A DNA stretch of 63,805 nucleotides, the filler included, from Octopus bimaculoides (Eukaryota), in the NCBI RefSeq assembly GCF_001194135.2. It is 5 parts of 5 records of this genome, joined end to end, with 100 filler letters (N's around TTAATTAATTAA, not from the genome) between each part and the next. Parts side by side here need not be neighbours in the genome. Positions count along the whole stretch, not along the records: positions 29,467 to 51,159 come from NC_069005.1; positions 51,260 to 56,643 come from NC_069003.1; 3 more parts are not named here. One strand, written 5' to 3'. This document shows, in pieces, positions 41,687 through 53,381 of the stretch (the first letter of the stretch is position 1; every line of letters starts with the position of its first letter). Both the position numbers and the translations under genes were made by a program. The notes under the pieces are model-generated. The model searched no databases and was not told where the DNA came from. It worked only from the letters and a program-made list of their open reading frames with translations.

Positions 41687-42928
41687 GAAGGTCCTTCTGT
41701 AAATCTCTCCAAGAAAATGATAGATATGATGTTCGATTCCTATGAAATGGAAGTGACCTGGTTCTCTTTCACCTCTATCCCTCTCTCTCTCTCTCTGTCT
41801 CTCTTCTCCCTCTCTCTCTCTTCTCTCTCTCTCTTCTCCCCCTCTCTCTCTCTTCTCCCCCTCTCTCTCTTCTCCCCCTCTCCTCCCCCTCTCTCTTTTC
41901 TCGTTCTAAGGCGAACTAAGGTGAGGTTTCAAATGAGAGTCCTGATGTATCAAAATTCCCATGAATTCTATTTAAAAGGATTTTTACATTTAAATATCAT
42001 TTTGTAGAAGGATAAATTTGCATACAGTGAATTGTACATTGAAAAATAATGCACTAGATTATTATTGTTTTTTTTTTGCATCGTTATTGGTGCTGCTACA
42101 CAATTCACAAATATTTTTAAAACAATAATATTTTATAATTTTTACATTTAGGCATTTCCTGACAAGATACCAATTAAAGAATTACTGAAAGATTTTCAAA
42201 GTAAGTGGTTTTATTCAAATTAATATGCATAACAGGCATGGCTATGTGGTAAGAAGCCACTTGGCCACGCGACCTTACACATCCACCCATTCATCAATCC
42301 ATCCATCCATACATACATACACATATAAAACTTATAGGATCCATCTCCTGGGTTGTCGCCATATTGGGGAACCACCCATCTATAAAAAGCTTGCAGGAAA
42401 TCGGACGTCTAGGCGTGTGTGTGTAGTTGAGGAATTAACAGGTCCGAGTTTCGATCTCATTCTGCGGCATCTAGAACAATTTCTTCCGACCCAACACTAT
42501 TGATTCGGCCCCAGCCCTGCAATTAAAAGTGCGTCGAGTCGGTTACACCCACAATTTGAACGCTTAACCTCATGCATTGTGTCACATTAAAACTGCCTGA
42601 GAATTTAAGTGAGAGGCACATGTGCCGCTACCACCCTCATCGAATGCTATTATATAAGATAAGCTGCTCTGTGGTTGTAATTCAAACAGTCAGCCTTGTT
42701 AAATAGAATGCCATTGTGAATCTGCTCCTGGATTATGTTACAGGCAGGTACGAGTGTTTACGGAATACTCAGCCGACTATCAAATGAGTACGTACTTTTG
42801 ATTGAACAAATGAAGCAACCATCGACGAAACCGACGGAAGATCTATTTATTGGTGCAAATTTACAAACAAATAATGGCGGAGTATTTTCACTTGTTTATT
42901 TATTATTGACTTTTTTTTCCATTTCCAG

Positions 42929-42967
42929 CGATCGAGGTTCGAGCCAACAGCGAAGATTCCAATATAT
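42929..42967 (+). CDS. 39-nt phase 1-1 exon of VWA-domain gene (x-IEVRANSEDSNI), just N-terminal to VWA1
   Basis: Polypyrimidine acceptor ttttttttccatttccAG and donor T|GTAAGT. The exon joins the 43299 exon in frame (T+TG=Leu). VRA resembles a signal-peptidase -3/-1 site (inference). Confidence 0.7.
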
Positions 42968-43298
42968 GTAAGTAGAAACTCAATTTCTCTTTCTTTCTTT
43001 CTATTTGTCGCGTATTTTCTTTCTTTCTGTTTGTCTATTTTTTCTTTACGTCACTAACTTTCGAAAGACTTCCTACGTGGTCGATCGACCTGCAAAAAAT
43101 AGCAACGACATCAAACTATTTGTCGCCTGTATCTTCTCTGTATTTTACCTTCTATCATTAACACCTTTTGTCTCTTTCCGTCATATCTTTTTCTATTTTC
43201 ATTTACCAGCTGTCGTCTGCTTTTCCTCAAATTTTCTTTTTCTTAATTAAAAGAGGTTATTTTCTTTTTCTTCTTAAAATGGCTGCTTTAAATTTCAG

Positions 43299-43868
43299 TG
43301 TGTAAAGACGACCAGTTAGACATCGCTTTCATTATCGACACTTCAAGGAGCATTCATGCGCACGAATACGATCAACAAATCGAATTTGTTATGAAACTCG
43401 TCTCCATATTTAATATCAGTCCTCAAAACATCCGCGTTGCGGCAATCTCGTTCGGACAGGAAGTTGTTCGGGACTCAGCGTTCGGATTCTCAACGTACAA
43501 AACCAAGGAGAAAGTTCTGGCTGGTATCAAGGGTATTGTTTATCGTGGCAGAGACATGGGTGACCAAACGGAAACAGGAATGGCCATTGCTTTTGCCAGA
43601 AAGAACGTCTTTAGTAACACACGGCCGGGTGTCAAAAGAATTTGCGTTGTTTTGACTGACGGCAGATCCACAGATCCTTTGCAAACAAAACAGGAGGCAA
43701 GCTATGCCAGGAAAGATGGCATCAAGATGATTGCTGTCGGTATCGGTAACAATGTGTCGATGGAAGAACTCAAAGCCATCGCCAGCAACCGTCACCTAGT
43801 TTTTAAGATCGATTCTTATGATCTTCTGCCTCAGTTTGAGAGACACGTCATGACACAAACGTGTGAAA
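43299..43868 (+). CDS. Exon encoding a complete von Willebrand factor A (VWA) domain; matrilin/collagen VI-XII-like extracellular matrix protein
   Basis: Translation CKDDQLDIAFIIDTSRS...RVAAISF...QTETGMAI...RICVVLTDGRS...MIAVGIG...ELKAIAS...TCE contains the MIDAS DxSxS, T and D. Acceptor aatttcAG, donor A|GTAAGT, 570 nt, phase 1-1. Confidence 0.95.
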
Positions 43869-43900
43869 GTAAGTGTAAATTGCATCCTCATCTCACTTCC

Positions 43901-43950
<50 letters not shown>

Positions 43951-43999
43951 TAAACACCAACTTCACTCGGTCACTTTAAATATAATAATGATAATAATA

Positions 44000-44180
44000 A
44001 TCCTTTCCACTACAGGCACAAGGCCTGAAACTTTTGCTACTCGATTAAATCGACCCCAGTACTCAACCCCGAAAGATGAAAGGCCAAGTCGACCTCGGAG
44101 GAATTTGAACTCAGAACGTAAAGACGGGTGAAACGCCGCCAAGCATTTTGCCCGGTGTGCTAACGATTCTGCCAGCTCGT
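44000..44180 (-). mobile_element. SINE family B copy in the intron after the VWA exon
   Basis: Explains the spurious C-terminal extension of track ORF 43298..44131. Confidence 0.85.
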
Positions 44181-44684
44181 CAATGATGATGATGACGATG
44201 GTGATGATGATGGTGATGATATACAGATGATGATCTCTGTAGTACGAATATAGTTTTGTGCGAATGCTGTCAAAGCAATCGATAAAAAGAAAATGTAACA
44301 CCAAAGTTGTATAAAGTCCAAATTCTTAATAAAATGTTATACAGAGGGAATAGAATAACACAAGAAAGTAATTTAATTTATAAATATTAAATTAAATTAA
44401 ATTAAATTAAATTAATTAAGCACAGATCTTCAGTAAATATCTCATTCTCCTTTGCAACAGCTATCAACCATTCGTACTCTCTTTGAGTACGCGCACACAC
44501 ACATATAAAGGCGCAAGATTTCCAAAAGTAGCATTTTAAAACTATCCAAAATACTTTGGCGTTTTATTCTAATTAAGTCCCACTCCACTTCAGCCACTCT
44601 CAAATTCATTCACACTCCACTTCACTCTCACTCCACTCCATTTACACTCGACTTGAGCTGTTTTCTAATTCCTTTTCTTTACAG

Positions 44685-44732
44685 ATCTTTACAACGTTGT
44701 CAACGACACAGAAGTAATCATCACAGACGAAA
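44685..44732 (+). CDS. 48-nt phase 1-1 linker micro-exon (N-LYNVVNDTEVIITDE)
   Basis: Acceptor ttccttttctttacAG, donor A|GTAAGT; open and in frame with the VWA exon. Confidence 0.75.
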
Positions 44733-45441
44733 GTAAGTATGTGTGTATGAAAGTATGAATGTATGTATGTATATATATGTATGAATGTAAGTATGTATAA
44801 CTGTATTAACGCGCGCACACGCAAACTCACACGCGCACACACACACACACACACACGCACATATGAATGCATATATGTGTGTATATATGTGGTGGCATCA
44901 AAAGACACGTCATTTCACAGTGCTCCCTCCTACTATGCTGACAATTAATACCAGCCTAGAAATGGTGCAGCCCCCATCCTTACCCCCCTCTCTCTTTCTC
45001 TCTCTCTCTCCAGCTGTGACACCCACGATGTGCCGCTGGATCAAAAGGTAGGGGACAAGAGGATATATCTCTAGCTGCACGCAGCTACACAAGCACCAGC
45101 AGCAATTAGCGAAAGCATGGTACGTGTTACCAAGCCGTACTCATCCGTGGATGACGATTAGCACTTGAGGCTGTTGCTTCCAAACATAGTGTATCTTCGA
45201 CTACATTATCAAATTTTTTCTTACTCTTTTAACAGACTTGGGATATAGTCTGGGAAATATTTTTCCAGGAAACTTTACAAGGAGATTGTCAGCCTGTCTG
45301 GGAACAAATTGTGAATTCTTCGGTCCAATATCAGCCGCATGCGTGTGCTCCATGTTTACTACCATTCGTTGCTGTTCATTGTTGTTGACTGTGGTTCACT
45401 GTGGTTCACTGTTCTTTAATAATGTTTCTTCGCCATTACAG

Positions 45442-45489
45442 CTCCTATATCCATGAAGATCACTACAACTCCTAAATTTGAGGTAGAAG
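45442..45489 (+). CDS. 48-nt PISM-repeat micro-exon 1 (T-PISMKITTTPKFEVE)
   Basis: Acceptor gtttcttcgccattacAG, donor G|GTAAGT, phase 1-1; homologous to the exons at 47245 and 47618. Confidence 0.8.
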
Positions 45490-45576
45490 GTAAGTAAAAC
45501 AACTTTGTACATGTAGACATACATAGATATATAAATATGTGAGTATACATACATACATACATACATACATACATAC

Positions 45577-45616
<40 letters not shown>

Positions 45617-46319
45617 NNNNNNNNNNNNNNNNNNNNNNNNNNNNNNNNNNNNNNNNNNNNNNNNNNNNNNNNNNNNNNNNNNNNNNNNNNNNNNNNNNNN
45701 NNNNNNNNNNNNNNNNNNNNNNNNNNNNNNNNNNNNNNNNNNNNNNNNNNNNNNNNNNNNNNNNNNNNNNNNNNNNNNNNNNNNNNNNNNNNNNNNNNNN
45801 NNNNNNNNNNNNNNNNNNNNNNNNNNNNNNNNNNNNNNNNNNNNNNNNNNNNNNNNNNNNNNNNNNNNNNNNNNNNNNNNNNNNNNNNNNNNNNNNNNNN
45901 NNNNNNNNNNNNNNNNNNNNNNNNNNNNNNNNNNNNNNNNNNNNNNNNNNNNNNNNNNNNNNNNNNNNNNNNNNNNNNNNNNNNNNNNNNNNNNNNNNNN
46001 NNNNNNNNNNNNNNNNNNNNNNNNNNNNNNNNNNNNNNNNNNNNNNNNNNNNNNNNNNNNNNNNNNNNNNNNNNNNNNNNNNNNNNNNNNNNNNNNNNNN
46101 NNNNNNNNNNNNNNNNNNNNNNNGTTTCCGTCTACCAAATCCAGCCATATGGCTTTTATCGGCCTGAGGCTATCGTAGAAGGTATCACGCAGCAGAACTG
46201 AACCCGGAATCGTGTTGTCGGGAAGCGACCTTCTTACCATGCAGCCGCGCATGCGCACTTGGCTGTTATTTTCTTTATTATTTTGAAGCAGGTGAAGCCA
46301 CCTCATGATTTATAAAATT

Positions 46320-47450
46320 TGCTGTTGCTGTTTAGGCCCTGCTCGTCTCAAATTGAGTCTACCTGTGGCCAAAGACGTCTCAGATGTGACCATTCCATCT
46401 TTTTTATGTATCGCGAGTTACAATATTTATAGTTTAGAATATGATTAGAGTGAAAACTGGCTGTTATTTCTATGAGGTCAAGTGACGAAGGTTGAAGCTT
46501 CTACCCAGGGACATTCTGGTCAGCTTCCGGGGACGGGGAGGAGGGGCGTGTTTTTGTTGTCGTTGTTGTTGACTTTGTTTATGCTTGGTCGAAGCTCAGG
46601 TCAGATTGAGCAAACCTGTGGCCAAAAGTGGTCCACCCGTGACTATCCCATATTACTCGTATATATACTACATCTAGGGCCTCATATTTCACTTTGTCCT
46701 TCATATTTCTTTTTATATACACTGTTAGTGTTTAGGTTTGGCTGCGGTTTCTTTCAGGCAGGTTATTTGCTTGCAGAACGTACTTTATCGTCGTTGTTAA
46801 GCCCTCAGATTAACCTTGATCTAAGATCTAAGACGCTCCAGCCGTGCCATCCCACCGTTATCTATATCATTAAGAACTATATTCACTTGCTAGAACATGA
46901 AATGTCGTTTCGCCCCAACTTAGCTCAGATTAAATAAATCTGTGATCATTAAGGCACCACTTACGATCCTCACATTTGAGGTCTTTTGTTGGTATTTGTA
47001 TGCAGGCTTACATTATCCAACGAATCCTTCCCTTTCTGGATATGATAAACTGCTATTTGAAGTATATTTGGCTGCTGTTTCTACTGGGTGAAGTGATTCT
47101 GTTCAAGCCTTTAAAATGCTTACTTGCCGTTCACATGTTTTCTGAGTCTACGCCATATTCCTGTGTTCACTGCCATATGTTGATGTATTCCATGTTAATG
47201 AACCATGTTCACTGTTGTTCATCGATGTTTCTTCGCCCTTTCAGGTCCGATATCCATGCACTTCACCACTAAACCACCGATCGATACTGGTGAAGAAGGT
47301 AAGAGAAACAATCCTATCTATTCAAAGGTATTGAGCGCTACACTATTTGTTGTTGTTATCGATTAGGTCCAGGTCAACCTAATATTTTCCCAGTATGATG
47401 GGCATGATTTGAGGGAATTTAGGCTGCCATTTTTATCAGGTTGAACGTCG
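46320..47450 (+). repeat. Cluster of four decayed copies of a short interspersed repeat (family D: (TTG)n-tttagccccaggtca...ccagccgtgaccatccc-like) among the micro-exons
   Basis: Similar segments at about 46320, 46560, 46790 and 47345, with related copies at about 25110 and 33070 (minus). Confidence 0.5.
47245..47298 (+). CDS. 54-nt PISM-repeat micro-exon 2 (G-PISMHFTTKPPIDTGEE)
   Basis: Acceptor gtttcttcgccctttcAG, donor G|GTAAGA, phase 1-1. Confidence 0.8.
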
Positions 47451-47617
47451 ACGTTCAGGCAACCAAGAAGTTGGTTTCTTCTCTGAATCTCCGCAATATT
47501 TATTGTTCGCCATTACATATTGTGAGTGTTTCAGATATATGTGGAAGTGAGCCATGTTTACTGTGCTTCAATGAACAATGTTCACCGATGTTCAACGGTA
47601 TTTCTTTGCCATTACAG

Positions 47618-47665
47618 GTCCGATATCCATGCTGCACACTACCACAAAGTCACCATCCGTGGACG
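47618..47665 (+). CDS. 48-nt PISM-repeat micro-exon 3 (G-PISMLHTTTKSPSVD)
   Basis: Acceptor atttctttgccattacAG, donor G|GTAAGA, phase 1-1. The first 14 nt (GTCCGATATCCATG) are identical to repeat exon 2. Confidence 0.8.
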
Positions 47666-47723
47666 GTAAGATGGACAGTTTTATATATACACATATACAT
47701 ATAAAGACACACACAAATACACC

Positions 47724-47766
<43 letters not shown>

Positions 47767-48594
47767 NNNNNNNNNNNNNNNNNNNNNNNNNNNNNNNNNN
47801 NNNNNNNNNNNNNNNNNNNNNNNNNNNNNNNNNNNNNNNNNNNNNNNNNNNNNNNNNNNNNNNNNNNNNNNNNNNNNNNNNNNNNNNNNNNNNNNNNNNN
47901 NNNNNNNNNNNNNNNNNNNNNNNNNNNNNNNNNNNNNNNNNNNNNNNNNNNNNNNNNNNNNNNNNNNNNNNNNNNNNNNNNNNNNNNNNNNNNNNNNNNN
48001 NNNNNNNNNNNNNNNNNNNNNNNNNNNNNNNNNNNNNNNNNNNNNNNNNNNNNNNNNNNNNNNNNNNNNNNNNNNNNNNNNNNNNNNNNNNNNNNNNNNN
48101 NNNNNNNNNNNNNNNNNNNNNNNNNNNNNNNNNNNNNNNNNNNNNNNNNNNNNNNNNNNNNNNNNNNNNNNNNNNNNNNNNNNNNNNNNNNNNNNNNNNN
48201 NNNNNNNNNNNNNNNNNNNNNNNNNNNNNNNNNNNNNNNNNNNNNNNNNNNNNNNNNNNNNNNNNNNNNNNNNNNNNNNNNNNNNNNNNNNNNNNNNNNN
48301 NNNNNNNNNNNNNNNNNNNNNNNNNNNNNNNNNNNNNNNNNNNNNNNNNNNNNNNNNNNNNNNNNNNNNNNNNNNNNNNNNNNNNNNNNNNNNNNNNNNN
48401 NNNNNNNNNNNNNNNNNNNNNNNNNNNNNNNNNNNNNNNNNNNNNNNNNNNNNNNNNNNNNNNNNNNNNNNNNNNNNNNNNNNNNNNNNNNNNNNNNNNN
48501 NNNNNNNNNNNNNNNNNNNNNNNNNNNNNNNTTGTTTTCTCGAGACTGTGCCTCCCCATATTTTCTGTTCTCAAACTGCTTTTTTATGCTTCAG

Positions 48595-48627
48595 TTACAG
48601 TCACCCGACCTATATCAGATCAACATC
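48595..48627 (+). CDS. 33-nt micro-exon (V-TVTRPISDQH); alternative acceptor at 48600 gives a 27-nt version
   Basis: Acceptor tttttatgcttcAG with a second in-frame AG 6 nt downstream, donor C|GTAAGT, phase 1-1; contains the PIS motif. Confidence 0.7.
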
Positions 48628-48668
48628 GTAAGTTGAGTTCTTTATTCTTTTTTCTTTCTATCATCATT

Positions 48669-48707
<39 letters not shown>

Positions 48708-48785
48708 TAACTGGATCCATTTCAATCTCTCTCTCTCTCTCTCTTCGTAAATTCTCCCATATATATATATATATATATATTCCAG

Positions 48786-48947
48786 CTTGTAAAGACCAGT
48801 TGCTTGATGTCAACATCTTGTTTCGGCCGTCACGTATTCCATCGCGGTACGTAATGAAGCTCATCGATAAATCAATCAGCGGCGATGCTATGGATCAGGG
48901 TATCACCAGAGTGGGTGTCATCTCAATACCGAAGGCGACATTCAAAG
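48786..48947 (+). CDS. Exon encoding the N-terminal third of a second, degenerate VWA-like domain
   Basis: P-CKDQLLDVNILFRPSRI...TRVGVISIPKATFK parallels VWA1 (CKDDQLDIAFIIDTSRS...RVAAISF). Acceptor ttccAG, donor G|GTAAGA, 162 nt, phase 1-1. Confidence 0.8.
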
Positions 48948-50563
48948 GTAAGAATTTTACCTTTATTTTCACATCTTTCTCTATTTACAAACATATTTCT
49001 TCGAGAAATCACTTTCTATCTTACTTACATACATACACACATACTTACATACATACATATATCTATATCAATTGACTGCTGCTGCTGACACGGACAGAGG
49101 TCACTGTCATTTACCATTGCCAACACAGTCACTACTACTACTACAACCAACAAAAAATGCCCCCACGTGGACTATTGACACCAGTAAGGAACAATTATGA
49201 ACTTTTCATTTAATTTCATTTTTTTTAATATGTATTTTTGATAAGGTTCGTTTTTACAAGAACCGAAACATGTTAAAAATATCTCTGACAAAAATTTTTT
49301 AATTAAAATTCACTTTTTATATNNNNNNNNNNNNNNNNNNNNNNNNNNNNNNNNNNNNNNNNNNNNNNNNNNNNNNNNNNNNNNNNNNNNNNNNNNNNNN
49401 NNNNNNNNNNNNNNNNNNNNNNNNNNNNNNNNNNNNNNNNNNNNNNNNNNNNNNNNNNNNNNNNNNNNNNNNNNNNNNNNNNNNNNNNNNNNNNNNNNNN
49501 NNNNNNNNNNNNNNNNNNNNNNNNNNNNNNNNNNNNNNNNNNNNNNNNNNNNNNNNNNNNNNNNNNNNNNNNNNNNNNNNNNNNNNNNNNNNNNNNNNNN
49601 NNNNNNNNNNNNNNNNNNNNNNNNNNNNNNNNNNNNNNNNNNNNNNNNNNNNNNNNNNNNNNNNNNNNNNNNNNNNNNNNNNNNNNNNNNNNNNNNNNNN
49701 NNNNNNNNNNNNNNNNNNNNNNNNNNNNNNNNNNNNNNNNNNNNNNNNNNNNNNNNNNNNNNNNNNNNNNNNNNNNNNNNNNNNNNNNNNNNNNNNNNNN
49801 NNNNNNNNNNNNNNNNNNNNNNNNNNNNNNNNNNNNNNNNNNNNNNNNNNNNNNNNNNNNNNNNNNNNNNNNNNNNNNNNNNNNNNNNNNNNNNNNNNNN
49901 NNNNNNNNNNNNNNNNNNNNNNNNNNNNNNNNNNNNNNNNNNNNNNNNNNNNNNNNNNNNNNNNNNNNNNNNNNNNNNNNNNNNNNNNNNNNNNNNNNNN
50001 NNNNNNNNNNNNNNNNNNNNNNNNNNNNNNNNNNNNNNNNNNNNNNNNNNNNNNNNNNNNNNNNNNNNNNNNNNNNNNNNNNNNNNNNNNNNNNNNNNNN
50101 NNNNNNNNNNNNNNNNNNNNNNNNNNNNNNNNNNNNNNNNNNNNNNNNNNNNNNNNNNNNNNNNNNNNNNNNNNNNNNNNNNNNNNNNNNNNNNNNNNNN
50201 NNNNNNNNNNNNNNNNNNNNNNNNNNNNNNNNNNNNNNNNNNNNNNNNNNNNNNNNNNNNNNNNNNNNNNNNNNNNNGAGGAGGAGGAAGAGGATGAAGG
50301 GGAGGAGGGGAGGGAGGGGAAGATGGGAGGGGAGGGAGCGGAAGAAGAGGATAGTCTATTGAGTTACGAACCCGATTCCTCTGTGTAATTTCATCTTTTG
50401 AAAATAAAAGAATGACATAGTTGAATGATATATAAGTAATAACTTCTCTCTTCGCTTCTCTTTTATAATATAAAAATTATTGTCATTAAAAGTTCTCGAG
50501 AATACGAATCTGCTGCCTTGTTTACATTAAATGTTTTAATCAACGTTGTTATGGATTCTTCAG

Positions 50564-50749
50564 TATTAAATACAATTACATCCTCTTACTCGCTTCACTC
50601 ACTGGACAACGGCCATTCTGGGTCCCAAACAAGGGTTTTAGCGAATTATATTCGAATATTTATTTTCATCGATCTCTATCAAAGAACTGAGATTAACCGA
50701 TTGAGTTGTCTCTTCAGAGAGTTACATCTGTGTAGAGAAATATCAAGAG
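50564..50749 (+). CDS. Candidate next exon of VWA2 (V-LNTITSSYSLHSLDNGHSGSQTRVLANYIRIFIFID...EISR)
   Basis: Acceptor ttcttcAG, donor AG|GTATTT, 186 nt, open, phase 1-1 like all upstream exons. It has loose similarity to the VWA LNTxxS..L..IDN..G..T and beta-4 segments; this was judged by eye only. Confidence 0.4.
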
Positions 50750-50884
50750 GTATTTGCATACATCAATATTCGAAGTGATTCAGTACAGTTTCTACATAAC
50801 AGATTACCGATTTCACACACAAACATTGGTCCCGGGTGTCTCAACTTGAGATGGAACACTGAAGCACACTGGCATGCTGGGCGT

Positions 50885-50944
<60 letters not shown>

Positions 50945-51124
50945 GTTATCTATCTATCTATCTGCCTATGTACGTGTGTAAATATATATATACACACACA
51001 TAAAAACATACCTGTAATTTTTTATGGAAATAAAATTTAATAAAATGCCAGTATTGTGTCCGTTATTCTTATCTTACGATTATTCCTGAATGTATTTCAA
51101 TGTGTATGTATGTATGTATGTATG

Positions 51125-51159
<35 letters not shown>

Positions 51160-51259
51160 NNNNNNNNNNNNNNNNNNNNNNNNNNNNNNNNNNNNNNNNN
51201 NNNTTAATTAATTAANNNNNNNNNNNNNNNNNNNNNNNNNNNNNNNNNNNNNNNNNNNN

Positions 51260-51520
51260 GTCCTCCTTTTAACGGGTGTTGGCAGCAAACGGATCGCCTA
51301 ACCATCGGAACGCTTCCTTTCCACAAGAAGCGGAAGAGGATGCGCTCCAGTTTGGTGATGGTAGGGTCGGGACAAGGCACGACGGTCAGGCGGTAGTAGA
51401 TGACGGACGCGATGTACGTGTTCGCCACCTCCGCCCGACCTTTCAGGGAAAGCTTCCTTTCGGCCCATTGCCGGGCTAGAGTGGCCACCCTTCTCGTTAT
51501 CTCGTCCCGCAACAGAAAGC
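51260..51520 (-). mobile_element. Tx1/L1-clade LINE RT C-terminal fragment
   Basis: WAERKLSLKGRAEVANTYIASVIYY...LFRFLWKG...P..GG. Confidence 0.85.
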
Positions 51521-52299
51521 AGCTGTTCCAATGTAATTTGAAACACGTTAGCTTTGAGTAACCGTCACACCTTGAACCTACCCAAGTAAATTCATGAGTC
51601 ATATGACTAACGTCTTCCTTTCCGACATAATACTTATAGGAAGTGCTGGGCGACACGGTCTTTGGGTACGTGGAGGAACACCAGTTCGTTCACAGTAGCG
51701 ATCATAATGCTGATGATTTGAAGTTGGTGATGATCATGATGATGACGATGACAGCGACGATGACGATGAGGATAATAAATGGCGATGAGGATATTGATCA
51801 TGACGATAAGGACGAATACTTCAAGGACATTGTAAACCCACTCAAAGTTGATATTATACACGCATTTGCACTCATATACACGAACGTACAAATGGAAAAT
51901 ACACGCAGGCGTGGCTATGTGGTAAGAAGCCATGGAGACCCTTGACAAAATAGAGTTCGCATTCCTTTTTGCGGGCCCTGACTTGTCACTGCAGAGTTGT
52001 CTGCGGGCGGCGGGTCAACTTGCTTGGGGGCCCAAATGATTGTTCTTTTTTTTTGTTTTTTTTCATGTATTTTTAATGGTTTTTATTGAACTGCTTGAAC
52101 ATTGATTTCGAGGGGTTTTCTGCCGGCGGGCGCCGAATACCCCTCTCATTTGTATCATCCTTCCTGTCATTAATGTTTTTGTCCATCCCGCTGTGCTTCT
52201 TGCAACTCTGTGTATAACCTATATGGCTAATTCGATGAAATAAAGAAGCTTGCTTCCGGTTTGGACGCTTCGGTCATATTTTCTTTGCGCTCTGTGAGT

Positions 52300-52900
52300 T
52301 ATCGCTTTTATTGTTGAAACTCTGATTAGATTTTCATAAGGTTTATGGAAAGGTTCAGATACTTGTGTATTTAGGTTCAGTGTGACATCTAAAAAGTTCA
52401 CCACTATATTTCTATCTTTCTATCTTATTTCTATCTTTGAAATGACAATATTTATTTTCATTTCTATTCATATTACTATTATGATATATATGATTAGATT
52501 CAGTATGATTGTTTTTTTTTACAGCGTTACTTATGTTATTCAGGTTAAGATGGGATCTAAAGTGGGATGTCTTCCCTTGTACATTAGAAGAATTATTTAT
52601 ACATTTTCACTAACATTTCTCAGAGTATTATTGTTCCATTCAATCGAGTAATTATTGTTATAAAAATTTGATAATTTCCTCTCGTTAAGGGAAGAAATAA
52701 TCTGGGACATATTCTTCGAAACGGCAAAAGCCATACGGAGAAAACTGGCGTTAATTACATCATAATATCTATTTTCTTTAGTAAAATGTTTAGAAAATAG
52801 TTTGTATAAAGATCCAACTAAATTGTTCTTAGTTTACTAAGCGAATGGTATAATTAGCCAAACAATATTATTCTTATCAGAAGGTACATTATAATTTTCA
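52300..52900 (-). mobile_element. Penelope-like retroelement fragments (RT motif and post-RT linker)
   Basis: VVNFLDVTLNLNT...PFHKP at about 52330-52410, and IVWLIIPF...NLVGSLYKLFSKHF..ENRYYDVIN at about 52745-52880, similar to the IIWFNPPY...KHFP..H.IFN linker of invertebrate PLEs. Confidence 0.6.
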
Positions 52901-53306
52901 AATTCGATGTACGATGCAATAAATTGGTTTTCGTATTTTACATATCATTGTTATCTATAGGACGTTTATTTCTATTATTTTTCTATCCATATACCTATTT
53001 CTATTAAGTCTCTCATGTTATTAGAGCCGCCGTGGTTGTCATTTTGTGTATAATACTCTAGCTTCTGGCAATACCCACCTTTGCTGAGTGACACACTATA
53101 ATAGTCAGCGTTTTTGTTTAAAAAAAAATCTTATTTAGATGATAAATTAGACATTTTGAGTTTAATATTCTTCAGAAATGTACTATCTTGTAATAAATTA
53201 ATGTTTATATGTCAATTTCTCCGTTTTCTTTTATACATACATAAATACATATATACACACACGCACACAAACACGCACACACACCCACACCCCCGCACAC
53301 CCACAC

Positions 53307-53381
<75 letters not shown>

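Noticed and set aside
43869-44131. C-terminal extension of track ORF 43298..44131
   Set aside because: Read-through past a consensus GTAAGT donor into (CT)n and a SINE.
45014-45047. 34-nt exon-like segment (ctctccAG...AAAG|GTAGGG), and the similar 44921-44964 segment
   Set aside because: The lengths are not multiples of 3, so inclusion would frameshift the array and stop in the next exon. A poison-exon role cannot be excluded but has no support.
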